Part shown: positions 42,826-52,904 of the stretch, in pieces
How the letters are laid out: each line of letters starts with the position of its first letter
Numbering within the stretch: position 1 is the first letter of the stretch
NCBI GenBank assembly: GCA_964567905.1
Contig: CAZMOF010000001.1
Coordinates: 7,868-71,867 of the forward strand
Direction: 5' to 3'
Source: an uncultured Aquiluna sp.
GTDB lineage: Bacteria > Actinomycetota > Actinomycetes > Actinomycetales > Microbacteriaceae
DNA: 64,000 nt
Translations under genes and position numbers: made by a program
The notes under the pieces: model-generated
Seen by the model: only the letters and a program-made list of their open reading frames with translations
The model's database searches: none
What the model was told of the DNA's origin: nothing

Positions 42826-44042
42826 GCGAAGAAAACAGATTCTCTCAAGCCCTCAAGGAAATTCTTTCGGGCAGCTTTACCCGCACCGTTCTGTCTATCA
42901 TTCTTGGCTTTCTAGTTGGTGCCGCCTTCATGGTTGCTTCCAACCGAGAATTCATTGAATCACTCTCCTATGTATTTTCAAGACCAGCGGATGCGCTAGG
43001 TGCCGCTTGGACAGTTGTAAGCGAAGGATATGGGGCGCTTATAAGAGGAGCAATATTCAACGCCGAGGCCGACACCTTTGAAAAAGCAATCAGACCCTTG
43101 ACTGAAACGCTCCGGTTAGGCGCACCTCTAATTCTTGCTGGACTCGGTATAGGCCTCACCTTCCGAGTGGGAATGTTCAACATTGGTGGAACCGGTCAGA
43201 TTATTACCGGCATGATTTTTGCAACATTCGTTGCGACCCGCATTGAACTTCCATTCCTAATTCACGTTGTGGTTGCGATCATCGCAGCGGTAATAGGTGC
43301 GACCCTCCTCGGTGCTCTGGTTGGTTTTCTCAGGGCCAGGACAGGTGCTCATGAGGTGATTCTCACCATCATGTTCAACTACATAATGCTTTACTTCTTT
43401 ACTTTCCTGCTGCGTGATCCCCTGCTACTTGGAGAAGATAGAGCTACAGGTAACCCCAAGGGTAACCCGCCTTTCGAGACATCTCTGCTTCCCAAACTCG
43501 CAGGCGATGAGTTCAACTTGCACTGGGGACTAATACTGGCTTTGGCAGCAGTAGTCGTTTACTGGTGGCTCATGGAGAAGTCGACGATTGGTTTTAGATT
43601 GCGAATGGTTGGTTACAACCCAGATGCCGCACGAACCGCAGGTATCAGTGTCGAGCGAACCTACATACTCGCCATGGGTCTATCGGCAGCATTTGTAGGG
43701 ATTGCTGCAGCCAATCAGGCATTGGGCACAGCAATAGGAACAACTCCGTCTGCGCACGCCAACATCGGATTTGATGCAATAACAGTTGCACTCTTGGGGG
43801 GCTCGAATGCACCTGGCATTCTGCTGGCAGGACTTTTGTTCGGAGCATTCAAGGCAGGTGCTCCGTCCATGCAGGTACTAGGGGTATCGCCTGAGGTACT
43901 GGGAATCGTGCAGGGAGCAATCGTATTGTTCATTGCTGCGCCACCGCTTATCAGAGCCATCTTCAGGTTGCCTAAGCCTCAAACGAGCAGTGTTCTAGCT
44001 TCTATTCGAGATCGAATTCTTAGACGAGGAGGTGCGCGATGA
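42822..44042 (+). CDS. Nucleoside ABC transporter permease 1
   Basis: FNIGGTGQ, AHEVILTIMFNY, GFDAITVALLG. Confidence 0.9.
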   Translation: MSEENRFSQALKEILSGSFTRTVLSIILGFLVGAAFMVASNREFIESLSYVFSRPADALGAAWTVVSEGYGALIRGAIFNAEADTFEKAIRPLTETLRLGAPLILAGLGIGLTFRVGMFNIGGTGQIITGMIFATFVATRIELPFLIHVVVAIIAAVIGATLLGALVGFLRARTGAHEVILTIMFNYIMLYFFTFLLRDPLLLGEDRATGNPKGNPPFETSLLPKLAGDEFNLHWGLILALAAVVVYWWLMEKSTIGFRLRMVGYNPDAARTAGISVERTYILAMGLSAAFVGIAAANQALGTAIGTTPSAHANIGFDAITVALLGGSNAPGILLAGLLFGAFKAGAPSMQVLGVSPEVLGIVQGAIVLFIAAPPLIRAIFRLPKPQTSSVLASIRDRILRRGGAR

Positions 44043-45295
44043 GTATCACCGAACTTGCAAAAGAGGAGCGAGTTGGTTTTAAGTCTCCCGCAGTCATGGG
44101 AGGCGTTGGACTGGTTGTCCTGTTGTTCTTTGGAATCCTTGGTCGAGAGGGAATGGTTTCATTTGAAATCTCTAGGCGAAGCGATGCCATCCAGCTTCCG
44201 GCCATTCCGACAGACTCATCCACCCTTGGAGTTATTGCCGGAGTCTTGATGTTGGCCATTGCGGCATACTCATTGACTCTTTCGATGAAGAATCGCAGAA
44301 CACCTATCTACCTGGCATCGATCTATGGCCTGATAGGCGTGATTGCACTTTTGGGTTGGCTCGCCGCTGGAAACTCAGTACCGGTGGCCTTCATTGCTGG
44401 AACAGCGCTTGTGCTGGCAGTGCCCATCATGCTCGGTGCTATGGGCGGCCTTATGTGCGAGCGAGTCGGAGTTACCAACATCGCCATTGAGGCTCAGCTA
44501 CTGACCGGTGCCTTCATGGCTGCAGTAGTGTCCTCAATTACTGACAATTACCTTTTTGGTCTGCTATCAGCCATGATTGGCGCGGCTATCGTTTCCATGG
44601 TCCTGGCGGTTTTTGCAATCAAATACCTGGCGCAGCAGATCATCGTTGGTGTTGTTCTAAACGTGCTAATGATTGGAATCACCAACTTCCTTTATCAGCA
44701 GTGGCTTACGGAGGATGGCGAAAATGTCAATTTCCCTGGAACTTTGGACATAATTCGAATTCCATTCCTGAGTGAAATTCCGATTATCGGTCCTGTGCTG
44801 TTCGAAAACAGAATCACTGTTTTCTTAGCGCTGATAATCGTGCCAACTCTCTACTTCGTGCTGTTCAAGACCAAGCTCGGCCTTCGAGCACGCGCTGTGG
44901 GAGAGCACCCATTGGCTGCAGACACAGTTGGCATCAATGTCGGAAGAACCCGCTTTTGGTGGGTGACTCTCGGTGGAATGTCAGCAGGACTTGGAGGAGC
45001 TGCTCTGACCATCGGAAATGCCGGGGCATTCGGTCGTGAAATGTCGGGTGGATTTGGATTTATTGCTCTAGCCGTTGTGATTCTTGGAAGATGGCATCCA
45101 ATTTCAGCGGCGCTCGCAGCCTTGCTCTTTGGTTTTTCTATCATTCTCAGAGTGTGGGCAAATCAGGTTAGTCCGGGAATCCCAACTGACTTCATCACCA
45201 TGGTTCCCTACATCGTCACCATCATTGCGGTCGTGGGATTTGTTGGTCAGTCAAGACCACCTAAGGCCTTGGCCATTCCATACACCAAAGGATAA
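44039..45295 (+). CDS. Nucleoside ABC transporter permease 2
   Basis: ERVGVTNIAIE, RAVGEHPLAADTVGI, GFIALAVVILGRW. Confidence 0.9.
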   Translation: MSITELAKEERVGFKSPAVMGGVGLVVLLFFGILGREGMVSFEISRRSDAIQLPAIPTDSSTLGVIAGVLMLAIAAYSLTLSMKNRRTPIYLASIYGLIGVIALLGWLAAGNSVPVAFIAGTALVLAVPIMLGAMGGLMCERVGVTNIAIEAQLLTGAFMAAVVSSITDNYLFGLLSAMIGAAIVSMVLAVFAIKYLAQQIIVGVVLNVLMIGITNFLYQQWLTEDGENVNFPGTLDIIRIPFLSEIPIIGPVLFENRITVFLALIIVPTLYFVLFKTKLGLRARAVGEHPLAADTVGINVGRTRFWWVTLGGMSAGLGGAALTIGNAGAFGREMSGGFGFIALAVVILGRWHPISAALAALLFGFSIILRVWANQVSPGIPTDFITMVPYIVTIIAVVGFVGQSRPPKALAIPYTKG

Positions 45296-45298
45296 AAA

Positions 45299-45688
45299 TT
45301 GGAAATTGACTGGAAGCAACTTACTGCTGTTGCCAAATCGGCAATGGAAAAGGCCTACGCACCTTATTCGAATTTCCCTGTCGGGGTAGCTGCTTTGGTT
45401 GATGACGGCAGAGTAATTTCGGGTTGCAACGTTGAAAATGCTTCCTATGGCCTTGGTTTGTGCGCAGAGTGTTCATTAGTAAGCGAGCTTTATCGAACTG
45501 GCGGAGGAAAGCTCGTTGCTTTTGCCTGCGTTGATGGCAAGGGAGATCCACTCATGCCGTGTGGCAGATGCCGCCAGTTGCTATTCGAGCACGCCGCAGA
45601 GGGAATGCTTTTGCAAACAATAAGCGGGATCAAGCCAATTACTGAAGTGCTACCAGATGCCTTTGGGCCTAAGGATTTAGGCAAATGA
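45299..45688 (+). CDS. cdd: Cytidine deaminase
   Basis: AYAPYSNFPVG, GCNVENASY, CAE, PCGRCRQ. Confidence 0.96.
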   Translation: MEIDWKQLTAVAKSAMEKAYAPYSNFPVGVAALVDDGRVISGCNVENASYGLGLCAECSLVSELYRTGGGKLVAFACVDGKGDPLMPCGRCRQLLFEHAAEGMLLQTISGIKPITEVLPDAFGPKDLGK

Positions 45689-46962
45689 CATTCTCAGCCG
45701 TTGAGCTGATTATCAAAAAGCGAGAGAAACAAGAACTCTCGACCGATGAAATTCGCTGGCTCGTGACCAATTACACCTCTGGTGTCGTGGCTGATGAGCA
45801 AATGTCTGCAATGGCCATGGCCATACTTCTAAATGGCATGAATCGAAGAGAAATTCTTGATCTGACGCTCGCCATGATTGACTCCGGAGAAAGACTCGAC
45901 TTCTCTTCCCTTTCTGCATTGACCTCGGATAAGCATTCAACAGGTGGAGTTGGAGACAAGATAACTCTTCCTCTTGCTCCACTGGTCGCTTCATTTGGGA
46001 TTGCAGTTCCGCAGCTCAGCGGCAGGGGACTGGGTCATACCGGAGGCACGTTAGACAAACTGGAAGCCATTCCAGGTTGGCGAGCCTCACTCAGCAATCA
46101 GGAGCTTTACGCTCAGATGGCCAAAGTTGGAGCGGTGGTTTGCGCTGCGGGTAGCGGATTGGCACCAGCTGATCGCAAACTTTATTCACTCCGAGACGTC
46201 ACAGGAACAGTTGAAGCAATCCCACTAATTGCATCTTCAATAATGAGTAAAAAGATTGCTGAGGGCACATCGTCGCTTGTTTTGGATGTCAAAGTTGGTA
46301 GTGGAGCTTTCATGAAGACCAAGGAGAGAGCCCAAGAGTTAGCTGAAGTGCTTGTCCAGATTGGAAATGATGCCAAGGTAAAGACTTCTGCACTGCTAAC
46401 TGACATGTCGACTCCACTTGGGAGAAAAATCGGTAATGCCTTGGAAGTCGAAGAATCCCTTGAGGTACTTGCAGGTGGTGGACCCAGCGATGTGGTGGAA
46501 CTAACTGTCGCTTTGGCTCGAGAAATGCTTTCACACTGTGAACTTCCTGATTCAGATCCACTTGAGAATTTGAAAAATGGAAAAGCAATGGATAAGTGGA
46601 AGCAAATGATTCAGGCCCAAGGCGGCGACACTGATGCAGAGCTTCCCAAGGCAAAGCACTCACACGATGTCATAGCTGAGGAATCTGGCTTCATTACCAA
46701 GTTGGATGCACTGGCGGTGGGCATAGCATCTTGGCGACTTGGGGCCGGACGTGAGAGAAAAGAGGATGCCGTTCAGTTCGGGGCCGGAGTCGAGCTCCAT
46801 GCCCAACTTGGGGACAGGGTGGAAAAGGGCCAGAAGCTAATGACCTTGTTTACAGATACCGAAGAGAAGTTTGAAAGAGCCATAGCGTCGCTAAGTGGCG
46901 GTGTGGAGTACTCTGAGAAAAGTCCTGAGAACAGAAAAATAGTCCTCGGCAAAGTCGGTTAG
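45685..46962 (+). CDS. deoA: Thymidine/pyrimidine-nucleoside phosphorylase
   Basis: DKHSTGGVGDK, SGRGLGHTGGTLDKLE, SIMSKK. Confidence 0.95.
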   Translation: MTFSAVELIIKKREKQELSTDEIRWLVTNYTSGVVADEQMSAMAMAILLNGMNRREILDLTLAMIDSGERLDFSSLSALTSDKHSTGGVGDKITLPLAPLVASFGIAVPQLSGRGLGHTGGTLDKLEAIPGWRASLSNQELYAQMAKVGAVVCAAGSGLAPADRKLYSLRDVTGTVEAIPLIASSIMSKKIAEGTSSLVLDVKVGSGAFMKTKERAQELAEVLVQIGNDAKVKTSALLTDMSTPLGRKIGNALEVEESLEVLAGGGPSDVVELTVALAREMLSHCELPDSDPLENLKNGKAMDKWKQMIQAQGGDTDAELPKAKHSHDVIAEESGFITKLDALAVGIASWRLGAGRERKEDAVQFGAGVELHAQLGDRVEKGQKLMTLFTDTEEKFERAIASLSGGVEYSEKSPENRKIVLGKVG

Positions 46963-46969
46963 GAAACAG

Positions 46970-48055
46970 TTGGACATTCAGTCGTTACCAAAAATCTCTC
47001 TTCATGATCACCTTGATGGTGGATTGCGTCCGCAGACAATCGTGGAGCTTTCCTCCGAGATTGGGCACAATCTTCCAAAAAACACAGGACCTGAGTTAGC
47101 CGCATGGTTCGCTGAGGTTTGCAATTCAGGCTCGCTCGTCAAGTATCTGGAAGCTTTTGAGCACACCGTGGCAGTGATGCAGACCTATGAGGGACTTGAG
47201 CGAGTTGCTTATGAGGCTGTAATGGATCTGGCAGAAGACGGAGTCATATATGGCGAGCTCCGCTGGGCCCCAGAGCAACACTTGGCTCGAGGTCTAACTT
47301 TGGATCAGACCGTTGAAGCAGTTCAGGACGGACTCGAGCGCGGAATGGAAGAGGTTGCCTCTCGCGGCGGTTTTATCAGAACCGGCCAACTAGTCACCGC
47401 CATGCGTCACACCGATAGAGGATTAGAAATAGCTGAACTGGCTGTGAGGCATCGCAATAACGGTGTTGTCGGTTTCGACATTGCTGGTCCAGAAAAAGGT
47501 TTCTTACCTTCAAGACACAAAGTTGCTTTTGATTACCTGGCAGCGGAGCTATTCCCAATAACCGTGCATGCAGGTGAAGCAGATGGAATTGAATCGATTA
47601 AGGATGCAATTGTCTCTGGACGAGCTCTTCGCCTCGGGCACGGTGTGCGGTTGATTGAGGACATTATGTTCTCTAGAACCGAGGGAGACACCGACCTTGT
47701 CGTCTTAGGGCCAGTTGCCCAGTGGGTCCACGACAGAGAGATTGCCCTTGAAACGTCACCATCATCAAATCTTCAAACAGGTGCGTTCGCGATGATGGGG
47801 GAGAGCATGTCTGATCACCCCATCGACATTCTCTATGACCTAGGTTTCAAGGTAACTGTAAATACAGACAACAGATTAATGAGTGGAACTTCTCTCACTA
47901 AAGAACTTGAAATCTTGACTGAGACTTTCGGCTACACGCTCGCAGACTTGGAGCAGTTTCAGCTCAATGCAGCTTCCAGCGCCTTTCAAGGACTCACCGA
48001 GCGCGAGGAATTGATGGACATGATTGAGCTTGGCTTCGCCAGGGCTCAGCAGTAG
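46970..48055 (+). CDS. add: Adenosine deaminase
   Basis: LHDHLDGGLRP, TVHAGEA, RLGHGVR, NTDNRLMS. Confidence 0.95.
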   Translation: MDIQSLPKISLHDHLDGGLRPQTIVELSSEIGHNLPKNTGPELAAWFAEVCNSGSLVKYLEAFEHTVAVMQTYEGLERVAYEAVMDLAEDGVIYGELRWAPEQHLARGLTLDQTVEAVQDGLERGMEEVASRGGFIRTGQLVTAMRHTDRGLEIAELAVRHRNNGVVGFDIAGPEKGFLPSRHKVAFDYLAAELFPITVHAGEADGIESIKDAIVSGRALRLGHGVRLIEDIMFSRTEGDTDLVVLGPVAQWVHDREIALETSPSSNLQTGAFAMMGESMSDHPIDILYDLGFKVTVNTDNRLMSGTSLTKELEILTETFGYTLADLEQFQLNAASSAFQGLTEREELMDMIELGFARAQQ

Positions 48056-48093
48056 TTTCTTTCCTTCTATCTCGTTTACTGTTTTACTAAAGC

Positions 48094-48363
48094 ATGCGAA
48101 TCTATTGCGTCTGTGGAGCAGGCATTGGCACCAGTGTGATCATGGCAAGGCTCGCGGAGAAAGCACTATCGGAGCTCGACATTGAGGGAAGCGTTGAGGC
48201 GGTTTCGGTCGGAGAGCTTGGTTTCAGGGCCCCAGCTCAATTGATTCTTGCTACCGATGACGTTCTAACTTCTCTGCCAGCTGGACCTAGCCAGGTAGTC
48301 GTAATCAAAACTGTTACGGACTTGACGGAAATCCGTGAAGCACTCGCAAACGCTCTGGGCTAG
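48094..48363 (+). CDS. Stand-alone PTS EIIB-like protein (Gat/Ula/Lac type)
   Basis: N-terminal CVCGAGIGTS phosphorylation loop. Confidence 0.8.
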   Translation: MRIYCVCGAGIGTSVIMARLAEKALSELDIEGSVEAVSVGELGFRAPAQLILATDDVLTSLPAGPSQVVVIKTVTDLTEIREALANALG

Positions 48364-48372
48364 CATCGTGGC

Positions 48373-49035
48373 ATGCAACCAGGAAGCACGGATAGAACAA
48401 AACTAAAGCGTCTTGCCCACAAGGCATCTGAAAGCCAGCAAGACCTTTACTCAATAATTGACGAAAACATAGTTGCTCACGTTGGGTTTATTGAAAATGG
48501 TCTACCCGTTGTCATTCCTATGACCTACGGTCGCGTGGGAGACAAGTTTTACCTTCATGGTTCTACGGGTTCTAGACTCATGAGGCTTTTGGCTGAGAAT
48601 TCAGCAGTTTGCATCAGCATCACCGAGCTAAATGCTCTCAAGGTCGCTCGAAGTACATTCAACACTGGAATGCACTACCGAGCCGCCGTCATTTTTGGCA
48701 AGGCGGAACTAGTTCCTGATTCTGAAAAGCTAGAAGCTCTCGATGCTTTGAGTGACGGCCTGATTCCCGGGCGAGTTGCTGAAGCAAGGCCCACCACCAA
48801 GAAAGAGTTAGCCGCAACCATAATTATTCAAGTTGATTTGAATGAAACGTCAGTAAAGATTTCTAAGAATGAAGTAGACGATCCGGAAGAAGACTTAAAC
48901 CTAGGTTATTGGGCGGGCATTGTGCCAATAAAAACCGTCATTGCAGATCCGATTCCTGCTGACGAAGAGGCCAAGGGTCTACCGATCCCAGAGAGCATCA
49001 AGCGCTTGGCTGAGCGCTATGCAAAAGGGCGTTAG
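48373..49035 (+). CDS. Pyridoxamine 5'-phosphate oxidase-like flavin-binding protein
   Basis: AHVGF, PVVIPMTY, YLHGSTGSRLM, ARSTFNTGMHYRAAVIFG. Confidence 0.85.
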   Translation: MQPGSTDRTKLKRLAHKASESQQDLYSIIDENIVAHVGFIENGLPVVIPMTYGRVGDKFYLHGSTGSRLMRLLAENSAVCISITELNALKVARSTFNTGMHYRAAVIFGKAELVPDSEKLEALDALSDGLIPGRVAEARPTTKKELAATIIIQVDLNETSVKISKNEVDDPEEDLNLGYWAGIVPIKTVIADPIPADEEAKGLPIPESIKRLAERYAKGR

Positions 49036-50617
49036 CGAATTCCTTTAGTTTTTCAAGTCCGGTCTCATCACCCTGGTATTGCAAATAGCACTTGAGTTTT
49101 GGCTCAGTTCCACTTGGCCTGAAAATTAGTCTGGCTTTTTCGTTACTCAAGATGACTGCATCGGTATTCAGCTGCCTTGAATGGAGAAGATCGTCTCTGT
49201 CTAGAGCTCCTTCAAAGGAGACAGGCGGCATCGTGCGAACAAATGACATTATCTTGCCAATGACACTTAGATCGCTAACTCTTATTGAAACCTGACCTGT
49301 AGATGTTCTTCCGAATCTTGTAGATAACTGCTCTAACTTGGCAGTCAAACTCTGGTCTGTCGCGGCTAAGTTAGCTGCAATTTCTGCGACAAAGAGAGCC
49401 GCTGTTATACCGTCTTTATCCGGTGTGTAACTTGGATCAACGCAGTAACCAAGGGCCTCTTCATAGCCATAGATCAAATTTGGAACCTTGGAAATCCACT
49501 TAAACCCAGTTAGCGTTTGGCGGTATTCGAGTTGGTAGGCAGATGCCACCGCAGAGATATCGGCCGAAACGATGGAATTTGCAATGGCGCCGGAATTCGC
49601 TTGGCTTGCGCAGTAGTCAGCCAGGAGAAGTCCAACCTGATCACCAGTGAGCATTTTCCAAGCGTCACCATCAGGCAAGGCAACCGCCAAACGATCCGCA
49701 TCTGGGTCATTGGCAAGAATTAGGTCCACTTTCTTTTTTCTCGCCTCTTCAAATGCTAAATCCATGGCACCGGGTTCTTCCGGGTTTGGAAATGCCACTG
49801 TTGGAAACTTTGGATCTGGGAGTCTCTGCTGCTCAACTAAAGATAAATCAAAACCCAAAGCATTGAAAATCTTTTCCACGACAGGTGAGCCAACGCCATG
49901 AAGCGCAGTGTGAAGAATTTTTATCTTCGACCGAGCCGGATTCTCATTTTCGACTAGGTCTAGTGCTCTATCAATGTATTTTTGAACATCTGAATCCGAA
50001 AGAATCTTGTAGCTTTTGGATTTAGGAATTTTGTCAAAGGTGAGATTTAGGTAGTTTTCCTCAATCAGCTGAGCAATCTCTTTATCTTGCGGGGATATAA
50101 GTTGAGATCCACCAAACTTCCCTCCTAAATAAACCTTGTATCCATTGTCTCGAGGTGGATTGTGTGATGCAGTGACCACGATGGTGGCAGAAGCTTTAAG
50201 CCGTCTGCCGGTGAATGCCGCTACTGGTGTAGGAACTCGTTGATCGAAAAGCAGAGCCTCACAACCAGTGGCGGCAATGATCTCAGCCGTGTCCATAGCA
50301 AAAACATCTGAGTTTTCCCGACCGTCAAAGCCGATTACGACACTGAGCTCGCCATCAGGGTTCTGGTATTCAGGCTTGTTTCTCTTTAGGAAATCCGCAA
50401 TCGCCGCGGCGGCATAGGCCACTACAACCCGGTTCATTCGGTTCGGTCCCGCGCCTAACTCTCCTCGCAAGCCAGCTGTACCAAATTGCAGCAACTGTGA
50501 AAACCTTGACTCAATCGCGACCTGATCATTCTTGTTAATCAGCTCTTCTAATTCGGATTTTGTTTTTGAGTCAGGGTCATGTGCCACCCAAGTTTTTGCT
50601 TTTTCGATAATTGACAT
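48998..50617 (-). CDS. Phospho-sugar mutase (phosphomannomutase/phosphopentomutase family)
   Basis: FGTAGLRG, TASHNP, DPDADR, YEEALGY, RPSGTEPKLK. Confidence 0.92.
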   Translation of the reverse strand: MSIIEKAKTWVAHDPDSKTKSELEELINKNDQVAIESRFSQLLQFGTAGLRGELGAGPNRMNRVVVAYAAAAIADFLKRNKPEYQNPDGELSVVIGFDGRENSDVFAMDTAEIIAATGCEALLFDQRVPTPVAAFTGRRLKASATIVVTASHNPPRDNGYKVYLGGKFGGSQLISPQDKEIAQLIEENYLNLTFDKIPKSKSYKILSDSDVQKYIDRALDLVENENPARSKIKILHTALHGVGSPVVEKIFNALGFDLSLVEQQRLPDPKFPTVAFPNPEEPGAMDLAFEEARKKKVDLILANDPDADRLAVALPDGDAWKMLTGDQVGLLLADYCASQANSGAIANSIVSADISAVASAYQLEYRQTLTGFKWISKVPNLIYGYEEALGYCVDPSYTPDKDGITAALFVAEIAANLAATDQSLTAKLEQLSTRFGRTSTGQVSIRVSDLSVIGKIMSFVRTMPPVSFEGALDRDDLLHSRQLNTDAVILSNEKARLIFRPSGTEPKLKCYLQYQGDETGLEKLKEFANALLHSAQPSA

Positions 50618-51439
50618 CTAGAACCTGGTGACAATTTCCGCCAGTAACTTGGAGATTTTTCCTTCGGCCGCTTTGCCGGCAGCAATTACCTCTTCATGGC
50701 TCAGGGGGGTAGTTTGAATTCCGGCAGCAAGGTTAGTAATTAGTGACATACCAATCACTTCCATACCGGCTTCTCGCGCCGCTATCGCTTCAAGTGCTGT
50801 GGACATCCCAACGATGTGGCCACCCATATGCTTTGCCATTTGGACTTCCGCTGGAGTTTCATAGTGAGGACCGCGAAACTGCACGTAGACACCTTCATCG
50901 AGTGTTGGATCTACCTGTTTGGCAATCTCTCTAAGCCTCTTTGAATAAAGGTCAGTGAGGTCAACGAAGTTTGCTCCTTCAAGTGGAGAGGAGGCAGTTA
51001 GGTTGATGTGATCAGAAATTAGTACTGCCACACCGCCCTGCCACTGGGGTTTAATTCCACCTGCGCCATTTGTGAGGACCATGATTTTCGCGCCGGTCTT
51101 TGCAGCTGTCCGAACGGAGTGGACGACAGCCCTTACCCCGTGATTTTCGTAGAAGTGTGTTCGGGCTCCAATTACGAGAGCGAATTTGCCATTCGGGAGC
51201 CTGATGGATCGAATTGTGCCTACGTGCCCAGCGACTGCTGGTTTGTGGAATCCAGGTATCTCATTGGCAGGAATCTCACTTACTGTCTCGCCAATAAGGT
51301 CTGCTGCCTTGGACCAGCCCGAACCCAAGGTCAGAGCTATGTCGTGCTTCGGTACGCCGGATTTCTGGGCAATTGCCTGCGCAGCTTTTTCGGCAAATTC
51401 AAAGGGGTTTACCCCTTCTTCATTCAGTGGATGAGCCAT
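50618..51439 (-). CDS. punA: Purine-nucleoside phosphorylase (trimeric type)
   Basis: LGSGW, GARTHFYE, TNGAGG, GPHYETPAE, VGMSTALE; ATG 51439 has TAAACT 7 nt upstream. Confidence 0.94.
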   Translation of the reverse strand: MAHPLNEEGVNPFEFAEKAAQAIAQKSGVPKHDIALTLGSGWSKAADLIGETVSEIPANEIPGFHKPAVAGHVGTIRSIRLPNGKFALVIGARTHFYENHGVRAVVHSVRTAAKTGAKIMVLTNGAGGIKPQWQGGVAVLISDHINLTASSPLEGANFVDLTDLYSKRLREIAKQVDPTLDEGVYVQFRGPHYETPAEVQMAKHMGGHIVGMSTALEAIAAREAGMEVIGMSLITNLAAGIQTTPLSHEEVIAAGKAAEGKISKLLAEIVTRF

Positions 51440-51494
51440 GTTTTCAAGTTTAGTTCTAATCCTCCGCTCGGATTTAGGGAACAATTGTCGGGTG

Positions 51495-52904
51495 ATGAGT
51501 AACTCTTCTTTGGGTCGAATGGTCATTATTGGCGGAGGCCCAGGTGGCTATGAGGCTGCCAGAACCGCCAGACAACTAGGCGCAGAAGTAGTTCTGATTG
51601 AAGAAAGCGGCATCGGTGGAAACGCAGTCCTCACAGATGTCGTTCCTTCCAAGTCATTGATTGCAGCAGCGGAAGCTGCTCAGCAAATTGAATTGGCAAA
51701 GTCGCTTGGACTTAGTTTCAGTCATGACGGAAAAAGAATTAATCCCCATGTTGAGGTCGACCTAGGAGCGATGAACAAGCGACTGATGAATCTCGCACAC
51801 AGTCAGTCCGAGCAAATGAGAGCAACGCTTACTCGCGAAGGCGTTGAGATTATTGATGCAAAAGCAAGACTGGATGGGAACCACCATGTTGTCTTTGAAC
51901 AAAATGGCAAACAAGTAAAACTTGAAGCTAAGACCATCATTGTTGCCGTGGGCGCATCTCCGAGAGAGCTGCCGGATGCAAGAACTGATGGAGCAAGAAT
52001 CCTAAACTGGAAACAGCTCTACTCATTGACGGAGCTTCCTGAGCACCTAATTGTTGTTGGATCTGGTGTTACTGGAGCAGAATTTGCCTCCGCGTATTTG
52101 CAATTGGGCTCCCAAGTGACTCTTGTTTCTTCTCGGGATAAGGTTCTACCTGGAAACGATCAAGATGCTGCAGCTTTGATTGAAGAAGTTTTTGTCAGAT
52201 CTGGCATGAATCTACTTAAGTCTGTCAGAGCAAATCGAGTCATCAACACTGGAAGCTCAGTGGAAGTGCACCTTTCCGATGGGCAGATTCTCGCGGGTTC
52301 ACACTGTTTGATGGCCGTTGGTGCTACGCCAAATACTCTAGGTCTTGGTTTAGAGGAAGCGGGGGTGAAGCTTGCCGATGACGGCCGAGTGATAGTGAAT
52401 AAAGTCGCGAGGACATCCCGAGCCAACGTCTACGCCGTTGGCGACTGTTCAACATCGATTCCACTGGCTTCTGTTTCTTCCATGATGGGTCGCACAGCGG
52501 TTTATCACACGCTAGGAGACGTGGCCACACCTACTCGACAGAGAAACGTCGCCAGCAATGTTTTTACCAGCCCGGAGATTGCGCAAGTTGGCTGGTCGGA
52601 GCGGGAAATCAAAGAGGGCTTAGTGCGTGGTGAGATTCATCAGGTGATGCTCGATTCAAACCCCAGAGCAAAAATGCAGGGGCTCAACGAGGGCTTTATC
52701 AAGCTTTTTGCATCAACTGGCTCGGGAACCGTCATTGGTGGCGTTGTGGTTTCGCCAAAGGCCTCCGATTTGATTTATCCAATTGCAGTTGCCATAGAAA
52801 ACAGACTCACTGTTGATCAATTAGCTAAGACCTATACCGTGTATCCGTCGCTCTCAGCATCTATTGCCGAAGCCGCCAGCGCGCTGCATCCAGCTATCGA
52901 CTAG
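51495..52904 (+). CDS. lpdA: NAD(P)H:quinone reductase, actinobacterial LpdA type (no redox disulfide)
   Basis: [19 protein letters not shown] (no CxxxxC), [14 protein letters not shown]; divergent from punA as in other Actinobacteria. Confidence 0.85.
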   Translation: MSNSSLGRMVIIGGGPGGYEAARTARQLGAEVVLIEESGIGGNAVLTDVVPSKSLIAAAEAAQQIELAKSLGLSFSHDGKRINPHVEVDLGAMNKRLMNLAHSQSEQMRATLTREGVEIIDAKARLDGNHHVVFEQNGKQVKLEAKTIIVAVGASPRELPDARTDGARILNWKQLYSLTELPEHLIVVGSGVTGAEFASAYLQLGSQVTLVSSRDKVLPGNDQDAAALIEEVFVRSGMNLLKSVRANRVINTGSSVEVHLSDGQILAGSHCLMAVGATPNTLGLGLEEAGVKLADDGRVIVNKVARTSRANVYAVGDCSTSIPLASVSSMMGRTAVYHTLGDVATPTRQRNVASNVFTSPEIAQVGWSEREIKEGLVRGEIHQVMLDSNPRAKMQGLNEGFIKLFASTGSGTVIGGVVVSPKASDLIYPIAVAIENRLTVDQLAKTYTVYPSLSASIAEAASALHPAID

